From NCBI GenBank assembly GCA_951406725.2, contig OX597814.1, positions 158,162,001-158,226,000 of the forward strand: a stretch of 64,000 nt of DNA. Reading direction: 5' to 3'. The stretch's first letter is position 1, and every line of letters begins with the position of its first letter. Positions 12,503-26,250 of the stretch are shown in pieces. Under the pieces are notes generated by a model, which was not told the DNA's origin, did not search any database, and saw only the letters and a program-made list of their open reading frames with translations. Position numbers and translations under genes: made by a program. The DNA comes from Octopus vulgaris (taxonomy: Eukaryota).

Positions 12503-14155
12503 TCTGGCCTTACTATCAATACAAAAAAAGTCTATTGTTGCAGGCGCCAGAGAATTAGTCAACGCTGTGCTGCCTGTTGGACTCAGTGGCAGCATTGAGA
12601 GTGCAGTCATCGGCGAACAGTTGACGGTGCCTACTGAAAACTTGATTTTCGCTTTGAGCCTCCCGAGGTTGAAGACTAAATCGTCGGACCGGTACTTGAT
12701 GCCGATGCCTATGTCTGTGTCCCTGAAAGCATCTGTCAGCATGACTGAGAACGTAAGGCTGAACAAGGTGGGAGCAAGTACACATCCTTGTTTCACTCCG
12801 TTGGAGACAGGGAATGGATCAGAAGTCTCTCCTTTGTCCTATACCCTTGCCAACATGCCATCGTGTAGTTGTCTTACGATGGTGATGAATTTTCTGGGGC
12901 ATCCATACTTCGCCAAGATTCTCCAGAGACCTTCTCTACTAACGGTATCAAATTCCTTGGTCAGGTCGATGTAGGTGGAGTAGAGGTCGACGTTCTGCTC
13001 CCGACACTTCTCCTGCAGCTGTCTAGCAGCAAACAGCATGTCGATAGTCCCACGCTCTTTCCGGAAGCTACACTGGCTCTCAGGTAGGAGAACCTGCACT
13101 AGGTGTGCAATGAGGCAGTTGAGCAAAACTCAAGCCAGGATCTTGCCTGTGATGGACAGCAGTGAAATTCCACGATGATTGTCGCAGACCTGGTGGTTTC
13201 CATTTCGCTTATAGAGGTGGATGATGGAGGCGTCCTTGAAGTCTTGAGGCACTGTCTCGTGCATCCAGATGAGCCGAAATAGTTGGTGAATTTTCCTGGT
13301 CGAGGCTATACCACCTTCTTTGAATACTTCAGCTGGAATGAAGACCGGACCAGGTGTTTTGCCACTGGACAGTAGGCGGCATGCTTTCTGAATTTCCTCC
13401 AAAGTTGGTGCGACGTCCATTGACTCCTCAACGGGGACTTGAGGTAGCTTATCGATGGCTTCACCATTGATGGTGGAAGACCTATTCAGGACGCTGTCGA
13501 AATGTTCACCCCATCTCTCTAATACCTTTTCCTTGTCGGTGATCAGTGTTGCCCCGTCAGCACTAAGGAGGGGAGATAGTGTTTGTCTGCAAAGCCCTGG
13601 ATCATGTCTGCTTTGCTGCTAAGCCAGGAATCCTGCATCTAACGCAACTTCGTTTGGATTTTGCTCCATACAATCCGCAGTCTGTCCTTCTTTAAAACTG
13701 ACTTGGGGTCAGTGAAGTGAGCTTTGTAAACACGATGCTTTTCCTCTAGTAGTTGCTTGATCTCCGCGCAGTTCTCATCAAACCAGTTCTTGTGCTTCTT
13801 TGTATATGGCCCAAGGCATTCCATGGCTGTGTCGTACAACGTCACCCGGAGTGCAACCCAGGCTTCCTCAATATCCTTGCCTTGTAGCACATGGGGTCCA
13901 AGCGTTGCTCCAATGTATCAGTAAATAGCCGCTTGACGTTGCTATCCTTCAGCTTGCCGATGTTCAAGCGTTTTGGTGCTTTCCTATTTTGTGGTCATCT
14001 CTTGGACTGAACTCTAAGGTTGAGTTTGGATACAAAAAGGCGATTGTCTGTCCAGCATTCTGCGCCACACATGGTCTTCGTAACTCGTACGTCTTGCCTG
14101 CCCCTCTTCCTTATGATAACGTAGTCAGTGAGGTGCCAGTGCTTTCAGCGAGCAT
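12503..14155 (-). mobile_element. RTE (BovB-like) LINE, endonuclease C-terminus to RT core, pseudogenised
   Basis: KHWHLTDYVIIRKR, LLPESQCSFRKERGTIDM, IDLTKEFDTVSREGLW, KQGCVLAPTLF, LFADDC across shifted frames. Confidence 0.92.
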
Positions 14156-14164
14156 ACGAAGACT

Positions 14165-15388
14165 GAAGCCGGCTGATTCTACAGAAGAAACCACCAGAAC
14201 GGTTTCAATAGAGAAGAGGGCGGTTACAGCAGGGCACCGTGGAGTGCATAGGGCAAGATGAAGCATTATAGGACATCTTAGTCATTCCCTGCATCCGGTT
14301 CTGTCCCCAGTCGTCTCGATCTGGTATTGCCACTGATTAAGACGGTCTCGGACGAGAGAGTGAGGTGGGAGATGTGCAACCCTTAAACAAAGTTTCCTCG
14401 ACGAGTCATCTGTCATCCTTCTTTCCACCACTTCATCCCAAAGTCCTGTGGCGACAGGCATGTGACGAAGCGACAGGTGTGGGTACACTGGAAGTCGTAG
14501 CCGCAAACCTGCACACAGGCGGCTCAGGCCACAGGGTCGCTATTCACTGACCTGGAGCAAGAGTGGATTTCGGGAGCCGTCTGGGCGACTGAGCAGTCCT
14601 ATTTAGGAACGCACTGCTCACCTCCATGGCATGAGGAACGAACTAGAAAAGGTGTCCCAAACATTGCCTGCTCCACCTATCCTAGCCAGCCTACCGCGAC
14701 TGGAAGGGACACTACACACTGCTGTCGAAACAAAGAACAAAGAAAAAGAGCGAGGAGTACACCAATCATCCTCGATGCTTGGAACGTTCGTACGCTTCTT
14801 GACAGAGACGGGTCGGGGAGTCCCCAGAGAGCACAGCACTCATAGCAAATGAACTCGCCAGATATAACATCGACATTGCTGATCTCAGCGAAACCAGGCT
14901 GCCGGGCGAAGGCGAACTACAGGAAAAAGGTGCAGGATACACTTTTTTTGGATTGGATGTGGACCTGAAGAGAGAAGAGAGGCTGGAGTTGGCTTTGCAG
15001 CTAAGTCGACATTGGCTGGCAAGTTGGTTGGTCGCCCAAAAGGTATGAATGATCGCCTAATGATGATGAGACTCCTCCTTTGTCGCGGACAGAAGTACAC
15101 CACCTTTGTCAGCGCCTAAGCCCCCACCATGACAAATCCAAATAAGACCAAGGACAAGTTCTATGAAGACTTGAGCTCTGTCATCACCGCGGCTCCCCGC
15201 GCAGACAAACTCATCATTCTAGGTGACTTCAATGCGAGAGTTGGTCGTGATAATGTCTCCTGGGAAGAATTGGGAAACATAGAGTTGGCAACTGCAACAG
15301 CAACGGTCTGCTACTCTTCCAGACCTGTGCAGAACATGGCCTCCTGATCCCCAACACCATCTTTAACCTCCCCACTCGCAACATAACG
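14165..15388 (+). mobile_element. 5' UTR + endonuclease of apparently the same RTE LINE, inverted
   Basis: AWNVRTLLDR, ELARYNIDIADLSETRLPGEG, KLIILGDFNARVG; ends at LLIPNTIFNLPTRNIT, just upstream of where the minus-strand piece begins. Confidence 0.9.
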
Positions 15389-15660
15389 TTTCTGTTCAGA
15401 TGTTCCTTTATTTCGTTCTTAGTAATATATACTAACTTATCCTTATATCCTGTTTCTGTCAGAGTATTATTAGGTCGTCAAGTATGAAATATGTAGAAAA
15501 GAAAAAAAGTTTGCTAACGTTTTATAAATACAAGGAATAGTTTTATTCATCAAAATATGCTCCCATATTGTCAATACACTATTGCCATTTCAGCGGTAGC
15601 TTGTCCAGATATATTTATTCTGAAATATAATTTGTATTTGACATTATATACTTGGCATAC

Positions 15661-15693
<33 letters not shown>

Positions 15694-15737
15694 TGTATGT
15701 ATGTATGTATGTATGTATGTATGTATGTATGTATGCA

Positions 15738-15803
<66 letters not shown>

Positions 15804-16086
15804 GAGTGTATGTGTATAAATTAAATTATTAAAGTGGCTTATTCACAATTTACAACTAAAAGGCACAAGCATAGATGTAACTAAAGAGACTAGTCCGCAA
15901 CAGCATTGCTAAAATTATAAGCCAGAACAACTATTAACAACGGGGAAGCACTTATCTAATGACTGACAAGGGAGACAAGCTCCTTACAGCAAGCGAGACG
16001 GCCATATCATCGATAATTTCGGATTTTATTAATCCTCCAATATTGATATATAGGTATACATACACACACAAGCATGCACGCACACA

Positions 16087-16131
<45 letters not shown>

Positions 16132-16212
16132 ACGCACACGCATATATACATAGATATATATTTAGATTTATATATGTGTGTATGTGTTTGTGCATGTATC
16201 TATATATGTATG

Positions 16213-16244
<32 letters not shown>

Positions 16245-16249
16245 TATAT

Positions 16250-17085
16250 TAATTATAAAATATTAGGGAATAAATCCAAACTTACAGGGAAAAATCAGAT
16301 TTAGGATTAAATCCAATTTTATAGTAAAATATATTATATTATATTATATTAAATTAGAGATAAAACCACTATTAGGCAAATCAAATAATGAAAAACATAA
16401 GCCAATACATAAAATTAATTAATTTATATTATTTTAAATATTTATCAAAAGTATTAAAAGTTTAATAAAAGATAAAGAGTAAAACACTACGATCGTTTCA
16501 TGGCTGTACAATTCGTAATAATTTATGGTTACAGTCAATCTTCAGGTTAATTGAAATATCTAAAATGTAATCAGAAATATTTAAACAATATTTTTAAGAT
16601 ATATATAATATAATAATTTTACTTATAATAAATTCTATTATCAAACTAGAAACATAAAACTTAACAATTATGATTATATCAAAATCTACTATAATGTTAA
16701 ATATTAATTTTAATTTATAAGGTAGGAAACCCACCAATAATCTAATATCGGTATTAGTCTATATCTATTTACATAAATATTTAAAAATGACTAATATATA
16801 TAAATTATCAATGAAAATATATAAATGTATATAAATATTATAATTAAGATCTAAAATAATCTCTATAAATAAATATATATGCACATATAATAAAAACCTA
16901 ATAAATTAATTTTTCATATTTAAAGATGAAATAGCTAATTTCAAAATACAAATAAACAAACTTAAACGAACTTTCGGAAATCTTATGTAAAATACTTATA
17001 GAAATAATCAATTCGTAGTAATATAGTATCGAATAAATACTATAAATACTATAAATATAATTAGTGGATTAAGTATTAATGTTCT
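16250..17085 (-). mobile_element. AT-rich Penelope-like pseudo-LTR remnant
   Basis: Contains a canonical-core hammerhead motif at 16485-16548; the rest is extremely AT-rich and unalignable by eye. Confidence 0.5.
16485..16548 (-). ncRNA. Type I hammerhead ribozyme motif with canonical core
   Basis: Minus strand: aac-CTGAAGA-ttgactgta...tacagccat-GAAA-cgatcg-TA-gtg. Palindromic stem III; stem I weak. Confidence 0.7.
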
Positions 17086-17091
17086 AGCCCA

Positions 17092-17823
17092 CTTCTGCTG
17101 TTTACAAAAGGAACATGAGTAGCGTGTGATTGTCAGATTTACCACAACAGAGAAAATTGATAGACAATCTGCATCAAATTTTATTTCCAAAAGCTAGACG
17201 ATACTGCAAAGTTTTAAAAAGTTTTCATCGTTCTCGATACAATCAAGATCTTGGGCAACTGCAACCGAAGTGACCTTTTAGTCATCTGAAAGCAGTCTTG
17301 GCACAAACTTGGCGGACATGCGTCTAATACACAAATCTTCAGTGATAATGGACTGAACTGTAACTAATCTGCACATCCTCTGATAACCCACAATGGTCAT
17401 TCGACGATTTCTCCTCATAGTTGCACGCACATCTTCGATGTTTTTCTCAGTTCCGCTGGCTGTGGGTCTCCAAGAACGTTCGTCTATATCGACATTTGTT
17501 TCGGTCGTCTTCGAAACATCCGAACCACTCGTACCCTTACGTGCGACCCATACATTCACCTTCATACATTTTCTGCCACTTTGCGTAGGCCTCTGAGCAG
17601 GTATCTCCATGACAACTTTCTCTGTCATGGTCAATGCGACGATCACATGCTACACACCTTCCTTCCAAGCACTGTTGTAAACAGCGAAAGTGTGCCATAA
17701 CGTTAAAACATATTGCGCATGCGCAGAAAAGTTCAAGGTCAATCTGTGCCAAGCAGCTTTACCCTGCATGCTTTAGCTTCGCTACTATGGCAACAGTCCA
17801 GATACTTATTAATCAGACCTCGT
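17092..17823. mobile_element. Second copy of the two-5'-end mariner derivative (left TIR lost)
   Basis: Colinear with 10800-11559, including the same internal junction; ends acagtccagatacttattaatcagacctcg|TA. Confidence 0.85.
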
Positions 17824-18386
17824 ATATGTAGATGTTTGATATACCCAAGAGTATGTTCAATATATTATGTACCAATATAATTATAAGTATAGTTATATAA
17901 TTATAGTTATTTCAATATTATTTTAAAAACAAATTGCAAATTTGTCTAATTATGGAGCCGTTTTTACATATTTAATATATCGTACACCTTATTAGGATAG
18001 GAAATAATATACTTATAGAAATCTCTATATGTTTAGAGTGACTGTTATTAGATTATACAGCTAGACTATAGAAAGGATGTGATAATGTTGCTTGCATCCA
18101 AAACCTAAATAAGTACGTTAAATCCACCATTTCCAAAACTGAGATTGTTCACCAGACAATTTCCACATAATGTTCCCTGACCAAATTTTTATCTGGCATT
18201 GTGCGGACAGAGGATTTAATAGCAAGGGTCTAACCCGAAACGATGTAGTTGTCAAGTGACATTCTTTCTTAACCACACAGCAATTTATCAAAATTCTAGT
18301 TGCTGCAATTTTGTGTTCTTTAAGAGGTGTTTTCCTTCTCTAGATCAAAACCATTTATAGAACTGTTACTTAACTCGATTTTTTGT

Positions 18387-18476
18387 CAGCTTTATAATAG
18401 TTTTGTCATCATAAAGAAAACTCAAATATTTCGATTTTAGGTTTCCTTTAGTGATGACAAAACTATTACGAAGCTG
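18387..18476. other. 90-nt near-perfect hairpin
   Basis: cagctttataatagttttgtcatcataaag pairs with ctttagtgatgacaaaactattacgaagctg (one mismatch, one wobble, one bulge). Confidence 0.85.
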
Positions 18477-18499
18477 GTGACTGCGAAAAAATATGTTCT

Positions 18500-19300
18500 G
18501 AAGACATAAACAATAGAGAAATGTTATTGCAGATGGTGATCAAATTTTCTATATTTACCGAGCATTTTGATCGTTAATTCTTCGGCAAGTTACGGCAAGT
18601 TGTACACCTGCGAATATCCACCTGAAGAAAGTGAAACATGTTCTAAATTGTTTTGTTACAATTGTTGATGCAACGATAAAAGAATATTAACCATCAAGAA
18701 ATATAGTTTTTTTTTATACGCTTACACATTTAATTTCTACTGCCCGCATACGATTTGCAGGAGTTAGTTATAAGAAATGTTATGTAAGAAATCAATATCG
18801 CGTTAGAAATCTATATAAAGAAAACGCTGTAATAAACTTCTCCCATTGACTGATAAAATGTCAACGATACCCGCAGATTTTTAAAGAAAATTATATTGTT
18901 TGGTGATAACATTTAACAATGAAGTTGGAAATGCCAAGTAAAACAAGTAACAGAAAGTTAATCGATAAAACAAGTGTCTGCTTGCATTTGTCCATCAGTG
19001 ATCGGTAAAGATTATGACTTGAGTTACTACGTCGATTGGGGTTTTATACGTCGATGTATTATTTATCAGAAGCTTTGTGACGCGGAGATATCGGTCACAT
19101 GCTAGCACATGTAGTCTGTGGAATGTATATATTTTTCGATAAGGATACATGCAAAGGGCCTATTCTGAAAAACCAGTTCCCAGGCCCTCTGTCGATGCTC
19201 ATGACTTTCACTGTTATTTTAAACCAATAATCGTAGAAATGTTTTTATTTGATGACTATTCTCTACTCTAATGCAACTTAACTATAGATTGATTCCTCGG
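18500..19300 (+). mobile_element. Possible very old MULE/Mutator transposase remnant
   Basis: Scattered motifs in the expected order (ADG, LLAFVH, SLWNVY) among many stops. Confidence 0.3.
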
Positions 19301-20519
19301 TATGCAGATAGCGTTCATGCAAGTCTATAGATTACCTTAAATACACACAGAAAACAAAGAGTGATGAAATAGAAAAAAGTGTTAAAGAAAAGAAGAGAAA
19401 AACGGGGTGATCATAAAGTGCATCATCTATCTTGAAAACCTGCCAAGAAAATATTTTAAATAAATAATCAAGTTTAAGGCCAAAAAGTTATGTGAAGCAT
19501 GTGTCTCCTACATTGTTGCTGTTGTACAATTTAATAACAAAGAACATCAAAAACAACTACCGCAGTAAAAGTGCCCGAAAAATACATACTTGTACTTCTT
19601 TATAAAAAAATGTTTTACTATGCTGAGGGCAACGGAAGTACTTATAGACCAGCATTTTGTTTCTCTATGTCTCCCTAATTAACTTTGGATGCGTTGTGGA
19701 TGTAAATATGGAGAAATGTGAAAACATGCTTGGAGTAAACTTTTATGTCTAAATAACGTTCACACCAGAACTATACTGGGCGGTCCTAAATACTCCGTAA
19801 AGAGCTCAGGTGTACATAATTTCAAGCTGGTTGGTGAGGGCAGAAAGCTTCAATATTTTAAGTCAAAAGAAGAAGGATAATCCTTCCTCCAAAGAGAAAC
19901 AATAACCTCAAAATATTGCCTGCCATTTTAAATCATTAAATATGCAAATATCTTTTAAATGGTTAAACCGATATTGAATATATTATATCAAGAGAGACGA
20001 GAGAATGGTTACAGCTTGAACGGCAGTCAGTGACACAAACATATTTCTCTTAGCATGTGAACAACTATGACTGCACGAACCTGGATCTAAAACCCTATCA
20101 CGGTAAATTAAGAAGTCTACAAGACTCTAACTGAAAATAGGATTTACAAACACTCTAGAAAAATTTCACTTTACAAGGAAAATAGTATTATTCGTAACAG
20201 CAGACACGATACAACTTCACAGAACCGCACAGAAAACATTTAAATATAAACGGTTCACATACAGAGATAAACATTTTACAGTACAGCTTTAGCAACATTC
20301 ACAATGTTGTAATGGTATTATGATGAACACACAACATTCATGCAACTGTTATTTAGGACACACATTTTATCGTCTGAATACAGAAATCCTAGTGTTAAAA
20401 ATTGCAGTGGCAGTTTAATTATACATACATATACAATAATGTGCATTTAATATGCAACTGTCACAAATAACATCCATAAACTCACGGAAAAGAAAGTACT
20501 GTAGAAACCCATATATACA

Positions 20520-20880
20520 CACATAGGCACAGACAAACATACATACATGCATACATACATACATACATACATACATACATACATACATACATACATACAT
20601 ACATACACACATACATACATACATACATGCATAAATACATACATACATATATACATACATACATGCATACATACATACAAACACACACATACATAGATGC
20701 ATAAATACATACATGCATACATATATACATAAATACATACACACATATATACATACATGCATAAATACATACATACATATATACATACATACATGCATAC
20801 ATACATGCATACATACATACATGCATAAATACATACATACATATATACATACATACATGCATACATATCTACATACATAC
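20520..20880. repeat. (CATA)n degenerate microsatellite; representative of dozens of (TA)n, (CA)n, (CATA)n, (GA)n, (AAT)n and (AAC)n tracts in the window
   Basis: Direct reading. Confidence 0.97.
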
Positions 20881-21978
20881 AAAAGTATATATCTTCATTT
20901 TATAGGATATCAAAAATAAAATAACAGACGCAAAAAAGAAACGAACACGCAATATAGCGAGAAAAGTATTTAAAATAACCGTTAACGGATAGAGATGTAT
21001 AAACGCCCTCGCGCAAGCTGGATGGCGCATGTAAACTCACTCATACAAGCATCCACGAAGATGTAAGCATACTCACACTTGTGGTTTGGTGCACACACGT
21101 TTACATAGCGAGTTAAATATCTAGTTGGTGTTTATAAGAATGGGGAGGTTAAAACTAAACTTATTTCATCTATACCTTAATGTAAATTATGTTAACAGTT
21201 ACTCAAATTCATTTCCACTGCATTGTGCGTAAGTACATTTATATGCATGTAGGCATCTCGAGAGTCTCTCAGAAATTCTATTAATGATCTTCTCATTTGT
21301 TCACAGAATAGACAGGGATTCCTCTGCATAGAGTCCGCATCTCCTGGAAATGATATTATATGCTTTTGCGTGCCTTACGAGGGACTAAGTTATGTTATAC
21401 TTATTTTTATCTTCCTTCAATCGCCAAATCTTTAATTCATACGCTACAAATTATCATGATATCTGGGACTATATAAACTGCAAAACCTTATTAAGACTTA
21501 AAGAATGATCGTTAAAATAAGAAACTATTCTTCACAACCTTGCTACAAACAAGGTTGCCGGTCAAAATTTACTCTAAAATTAAAATGAGAAAGTGAACAT
21601 ACACACACACGCACACACATAATACATACATACATACATACATTCATACAAACATACATACATACATCCATATATACATACATTCATACATACATACATA
21701 CATACATACATACATACATACATACATACATACATACATACATGCATACATGCACATACACACTCATACGAATATACACCCTACTGCTTACCTTATGAAA
21801 TCTCTCACATGATTAAACTCCTCAACCGTACCTTATTAAGCAATCGCAGAAAAACTATCATTAGAGGAGACTGCAAAGCAATTAACGTCTCCTGCTTTCC
21901 AAATAGTAAGGATAACAAAGAAACAACTTAAAAGCATCACAACTAAAATCTATTTGCATCTTAAATATTCTATATCAA

Positions 21979-22080
<102 letters not shown>

Positions 22081-22392
22081 CATGTGCACGCCCACGAATA
22101 CACACACATACTCACACACAAGTGTCATGTTATAAACGAATCTACATAGCTCTCCTGCCACTCGAATCTATGGGCAGAAATAGACCGAGCAATAGAGACA
22201 TTATACACCCAAATTGTGACACTGTACTGTATATGATTCATCGCTACATGTCAGTATATGCAGCACAGATCTCAGCTAGATGGAGACGTGGTACATGTAT
22301 GAAGATTAGAATGTTACGCAGGTCCCGTCGTTCAATAGTGTACATCCATGCTATACGAGGTAGAACTGCACGGACAGGGTGACCCGAGGATA

Positions 22393-22447
22393 AACAACAA
22401 CAACAACGACGACAACAACAACAACAACGACAGCAACAACAACAACG

Positions 22448-22499
<52 letters not shown>

Positions 22500-22503
22500 A
22501 ACA
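22393..22503. repeat. (AAC)n microsatellite
   Basis: Direct reading. Confidence 0.97.
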
Positions 22504-22559
22504 AGTAAACTACAACTTATTGGATGCTCTTCTTACCACCCACAGACGATCTTCTGAAC

Positions 22560-24045
22560 TCTTTTTACTAAACTTTCGAACCGCAGTGGCAATCTGTAAG
22601 AGGTTTCTGGGCTTTAAAATTAATATACTATCGTATTTCCTAGATTCCAGATACCAGGAATTCCTTTTGGTACATGTATTTGCAAATGTTGATGGATACA
22701 AGATTTTTTCTTATTGGTTTAAAGAAGAGAGGCATACATCTCTTATGAGAAGCTTTTCCATTGCATTTTTGCAAACCATTTATTATATTTACCTTAAAAA
22801 AATGCCCAGACGTTCTACCAATCACTTGAAACTACCAATTACAAAATTACCACAAAAATTGGTCTCTTGTGCATATGGAAGAACGGATCTAGCGTTACAC
22901 AAGTGTAACATTATAATAGTTACTCTGCTAAATAAAGTGAAGGTAATGGTGACCACAACAACGAGGATAATAATAATGACAAGGGTCGTGCAAAAGTATC
23001 CGAAAAATAAGAGTACTTCCTTGATGGTTGTTCATGATCAAACTCTTATTAAAGACTGGTTGATGGTGAGCGTCTACCACCTTGAAGATTCTAACCGATG
23101 TCGACTCTGTTTAAAGAACTGATATAAACCGCCGAGATTGCGCTGTTGGTTCAACGATATGATCGAACTTGTCCCTTATTGAATACGGAATAAAAAGGCA
23201 TTAGAAAATATCCTGTCTTTTGATCACTATTTTATACAAAAAAATTACTTTAAAAATTTACTAATAGACGGAATCGTCTACAGCTATTTATGAAAAGCCT
23301 CCAATCATCTGGTTGATAATCTAGTATTCCTATTTGAAAAACAATTTCTAGAGATGTAATAACTTTAAGTTTTATATCTTGGTTGCTATAAGGAAGAAAT
23401 TCCTCCACTCTTGTTTGATAAGATGTTATTTTAACTTTATGATTTAGTCAATTAATTTTCTTATATTTTCTTAGCCTGAATGCTAAAAGATCACATTCTT
23501 GCTTTGACAGGCTGACATTGCGCATGAAACCATTGGAATCCTTGTTGGAAAATTCCTGAGATGTTAAAAAACTTCTTCAAAATCGATTCTCACTGTTACT
23601 TCTTATACTACACTCCGAATCCTGATTTTCTTCAAAATTCGACCATAAAATGTCAGAGAGTGAAATTTGCTTGCAGTATATAACCTATTACATTACTGAT
23701 TCCTAATCAAGTTACTCCCAAATATGCTTTGTGTGACCACTGAACCATAACACATTCGCAATACATGAATAATACCTGTGGTGATTTGTTGGGTGGGAGT
23801 CTTGAGATACCATAAGCAAACCAAAGCTCAAACTTTTCATTCTCCATTTTACCATTGTTGTGTGTACAATATACATTATTTTTGATTTGAAAGCTTAATG
23901 AAGGGCCAGAGACAATCTTGCTCATCAATTTTTATCCCAAAACAAGCAAATATTCTTATTTTTGAATTTGCTAAATGTATTTGTCACAAATATAGCAGAA
24001 AGCATTAGATTTATTTAAGAAACTTCTATTTGATGAGATCATCTA
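22560..24045 (-). mobile_element. Decayed DNA transposon transposase with N-terminal FCYIC Cys-rich region (superfamily uncertain)
   Basis: Minus-strand fragments in order: MISSNRSFLNKSNAFCYICDKY, FACFGIKIDEQDCLW, KSLSFGLLMV..PTNHH, VSLSKQECDLLAFRL. These match a widespread metazoan transposase type I recognise (FCYICG..FG..GDQDK.WAPH..PMVWREP.NH..LSK..ELLASRL). Confidence 0.7.
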
Positions 24046-24397
24046 AACTGCAACACTGGAGGAAATGCGATAAAAGTAATGCTTCTGCATTTCTTATCAA
24101 CAACTGGATTAAACAGAATAAAATCATTCTATTAGGGTATAAAAAACCTGCGAAGCTAGAGTCAATTTGATAAACCTGGTGCCATCTCTAGATTTAGTAC
24201 CTACAAAATATCTTGAAATCATTCAAATATTTTTAGTGAGTGTTGAGCGGTGTTATTTTCAATAATATTTCATTTTTACACTTAAAATTTGAGCTTCCTA
24301 AAACACTATAAGAACATTAATGCAGCACTTCATTTTCATTCATAGTTCTTGTTCATGTCCTGATTTTTCTCTGAGAAAGATGTTGCTCGGTTATATA

Positions 24398-24785
24398 TTG
24401 TGTGGTAAGTAGCTTGCTTACCAAGCAGACGGTTACGGGTTCAGTCCCACTGCGCGGCACAACGAGCAAGTGTCTTCTACTATAACCTCGGGCCGGCCAA
24501 AGCCTTCTGAGTGGATTTGGTAGACGGAAACTGAAAGAAGCCCGTCGTATATATATGCGTGTGTGTATGTTTGTGTGTTTGTCCGCACCCCACAAAATCA
24601 GTTGACAATTGATGCTAATGTGTTTACGTCCCCGACACTTAGCGGTTCGGCAAAAGAGACCGATAAAATAAGTACTAGGCTTACAAAGAATAAGTCCTGA
24701 GGGTCGATTTGCTCAAATGAAAGCGGTGCTCTAACGTGGCTGCATTCAACTGACTGAAACAAATAAAACAGTAAAAGAATAAAAA
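24398..24785 (+). mobile_element. tRNA-derived SINE family 2 with internal microsatellite
   Basis: gggttcagtccc B-box; colinear with 37764-38171. Confidence 0.9.
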
Positions 24786-25872
24786 ATGTTTTGAATAATT
24801 TATTTCATATTTTTATAATGTACTAATAGTACAGATATGCAAAGAAATAGGTTCATTTCTTTCTTAAGAGATTTGCAACAGATCCTCCGAGAATCAAACC
24901 AGATAGCTAATTTTCACTGAGAGCCTACATGTGATTTGACGACGGGTTAGACATATTTTCCAAATCTTCTTTGACCTATATACTACCGTTTTGAAAAATA
25001 TATGTAATAGGGAATAATGTAGCTCCAAATACTCTGTATTTGAAAATTAATATGAGATAAACGATAACTATATACTTAAAAAATGAAACGGGATAGTTTA
25101 GGTATTTTCCAAACAGGTAATATTGGATCAATATACTGATTTTCTACATCGATTATTCAATATTGTATATATGATAGGTGATTGTTTCAGTTCTATTTCA
25201 GCAATCCAGTGAATATATGCTTCACCGATTACATCTAATAAAACCTTTGTATGTAAGTGATGTATCCAGAGTGTGTTGGAATAATTAAACTAGCATTATT
25301 CGCTGACTAATATTATATTGTCCATACTGCATAATTATTTAGAATTCGCTTTTAATATCTCAATACTTACGTATCTGACTAGTTGGAAAAATTTATCTCT
25401 GGTAAATATGGGCCAATCCGGAGGTTGCTACATGGTTAATCTCTCTCTTTGAAGCATCAGCTAAATCTTCCTCAAACCACAGCCTACTGTCTTAAGAAAA
25501 GAACGCATTGATCATTTAATCTGGGATACCATATAACGGAACAAATCATCAGAATGGTTCTTGCTAGAATGCGTTTGATCATAGGGTTCCGTAGTCGAGG
25601 GCGGCGTGGGGCAATGTCATGCAATGTGAAGGTGACTCAGTCAAATTATAGTATTTCATAAACTATAGAATACATTATGTATTGTTGACCCGGATAAACC
25701 ATATCTAGAAAAAATAACATGAAATATGAGATTAAGCAAGCAACATCTCAGACACTTTGACAAATAAGGGAGTCAACAATGTTTTGTACATTTAATTCAA
25801 ACAACATACATTCCTTCCTAGGTACTACTACCCTTCATTTCAATTTTAAATTGCCATAAACCGGTGCATTCA

Positions 25873-26160
25873 TCTATATATATAAAACTGAGAATGTGTG
25901 TGTTCATCACCAAAATTCAAGAACTACCCAGCCAATTTCATTCAAATTTTACACATGCCTTACTTAGGGTCCATGCAGTGTCATGGGCCAAGATATTTTC
26001 AACTTCTTGGCTAATGCGAGCCCGGAGTAATCACTTCTCTTTCATATTATTTCAGTATTATGTGACAAAAGTGAAAACATAACAACTCTATTGTGATGTG
26101 AAATAATACTTTCAGTTTTAATACTCCCTCTATTAAAACTGAAACTATTATCTCACTTAT
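25873..26160 (+). mobile_element. 5' part of a non-autonomous Helitron-like element
   Basis: A|TCTATATATATAAAACTGAGAATGTGTGTG start, typical of short Helitron derivatives. Confidence 0.55.
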
Positions 26161-26213
26161 ATATAAATATATAAACATGCATGCACATACACAAGTATAT
26201 ATACATTATATTT

Positions 26214-26249
<36 letters not shown>

Positions 26250-26250
26250 T

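Noticed and set aside
18900-19600. Minus-strand LACDRYLRV and STSMYF resembling a GPCR DRY motif and TM2
   Set aside because: No coherent seven-helix pattern and many stops; plus-strand MULE-like motifs explain the region at least as well.
22520-23122. 200-aa plus-strand ORF with LKLPITK
   Set aside because: No domain signature or splice context; it overlaps a minus-strand transposase fossil, and the match to 8140 is too short.
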